The notes under the pieces were generated by a model. It worked only from the letters and a program-made list of their open reading frames with translations, was not told where the DNA came from and ran no database searches. A stretch of 15,701 nucleotides of DNA from Candidatus Thorarchaeota archaeon (GTDB lineage Archaea; Asgardarchaeota; Thorarchaeia; Thorarchaeales; Thorarchaeaceae), in assembly GCA_016840855.1 (NCBI GenBank), contig JAEORO010000022.1, positions 1 through 15,701 on the forward strand, written 5' to 3'. The translations under genes were made by a program, and so were the position numbers. Each line of letters starts with the position of its first letter. The stretch's first letter is position 1. Shown here piece by piece: positions 15,082-15,701 of this stretch.

Positions 15082-15701
15082 TTACACTCTCCTAGACTCG
15101 ATTATTCCAGCTTCTGTGAGGTCTTTCACAATCTTGATCATTTTACCTGATTCGATATCTTTGAACTGGAAACAAATCGAGTCCCAAATGACATCAAGAG
15201 ATGTCCAATCTCTTGCTATGTTAAGCATCTCATCAATGGATTCAAAAATATCAATATGGTGTTTCCTCATTTCTCTATACTCAGGACCTTTATCACCCAA
15301 GCTTTTGATGATATACCCTGGATCTATCGCATGGTCATATTTTCTCTTGACCTCAATTCTAAAACTAATAGTATCGGGAGGAATCTGATCTTCTTGAATT
15401 GCTTCCAATCCGACTTCCGCACATGCGCCTTCATACGCTTTCCTGGCGACAACCATCTCTGTAGTATAGACCATTTGAAGGCTTGTCTTCAAGGATTGTA
15501 GCAGGGATTCTTGCTCTTCAATTAGTGTCCATTCCTTTAATGCCTTATCAAGGGTTTCTTGTCCAAGATTGTGTGCGAGTCCAAGCCAACGAAGAACTCT
15601 TGGATAGATTTTTTCTGGATCTCCAAGACATCGTGAGAGCTCAGTGACACCACGAAGACTTACTTCTTGCATCAATTCAACAAACTCATTTCTACACTCA
15701 G
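15082..15701 (-). CDS. Hypothetical protein, probably 5'-truncated by the window edge, with a possible C-terminal winged helix
   Basis: The frame is open from the window end (ECRNEFVELMQEV...) with no stop upstream of 15675. The C-terminus SLDVIWDSI...MIKIVKDLTEAGIIES looks like a wHTH. It ends 6 bp before coaD. Confidence 0.6.
   Translation of the reverse strand, partial: ECRNEFVELMQEVSLRGVTELSRCLGDPEKIYPRVLRWLGLAHNLGQETLDKALKEWTLIEEQESLLQSLKTSLQMVYTTEMVVARKAYEGACAEVGLEAIQEDQIPPDTISFRIEVKRKYDHAIDPGYIIKSLGDKGPEYREMRKHHIDIFESIDEMLNIARDWTSLDVIWDSICFQFKDIESGKMIKIVKDLTEAGIIESRRV

Noticed and set aside
680-15501. Numerous 60-142 aa ORFs antisense to or nested in called genes (e.g. 939-1238, 6420-6788, 9989-10417, 11946-12290, 15032-15388)
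   Set aside because: They overlap well-supported CDSs, have shadow-frame composition (Ser/Ile/Pro-rich) and show no recognisable motifs.

Overview
Gene-dense archaeal chromosomal segment of roughly 40% GC (by eye). It has GGTGA/GAGGT-type SD sites, TTAAAT-type TATA boxes, and archaeal-type GlyRS, CoaD and Nre. The gene mix fits an Asgard archaeon, plausibly Thorarchaeia; this is inference only. I can support 16 CDSs: two tandem YdjG-like Zn-ribbon membrane proteins, a divergent Nre DNA-repair protein, a GT-C-type membrane glycosyltransferase, a YbjN-like protein, AlaX-L, a convergent pair of alpha-SNAP-like 20-aa helical-repeat proteins (one fused to two cytoplasmic Ig-like domains), class II HMG-CoA reductase, GlyRS, a minimal Ogt, a universal stress protein coupled to a RACo-type ASKHA ATPase with no Fe-S domain, CoaD, and a 5'-truncated hypothetical gene. 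I saw no tRNA, rRNA, CRISPR array or mobile element. The best leads are the SNAP-like/TRAPP-architecture gene pair, the palindrome-rich 381-bp intergenic region beside it (possible structured sRNA plus clustered TGTAR sites), the YdjG-like pair and the USP-RACo operon. All family assignments come from motif recognition, not database searches.
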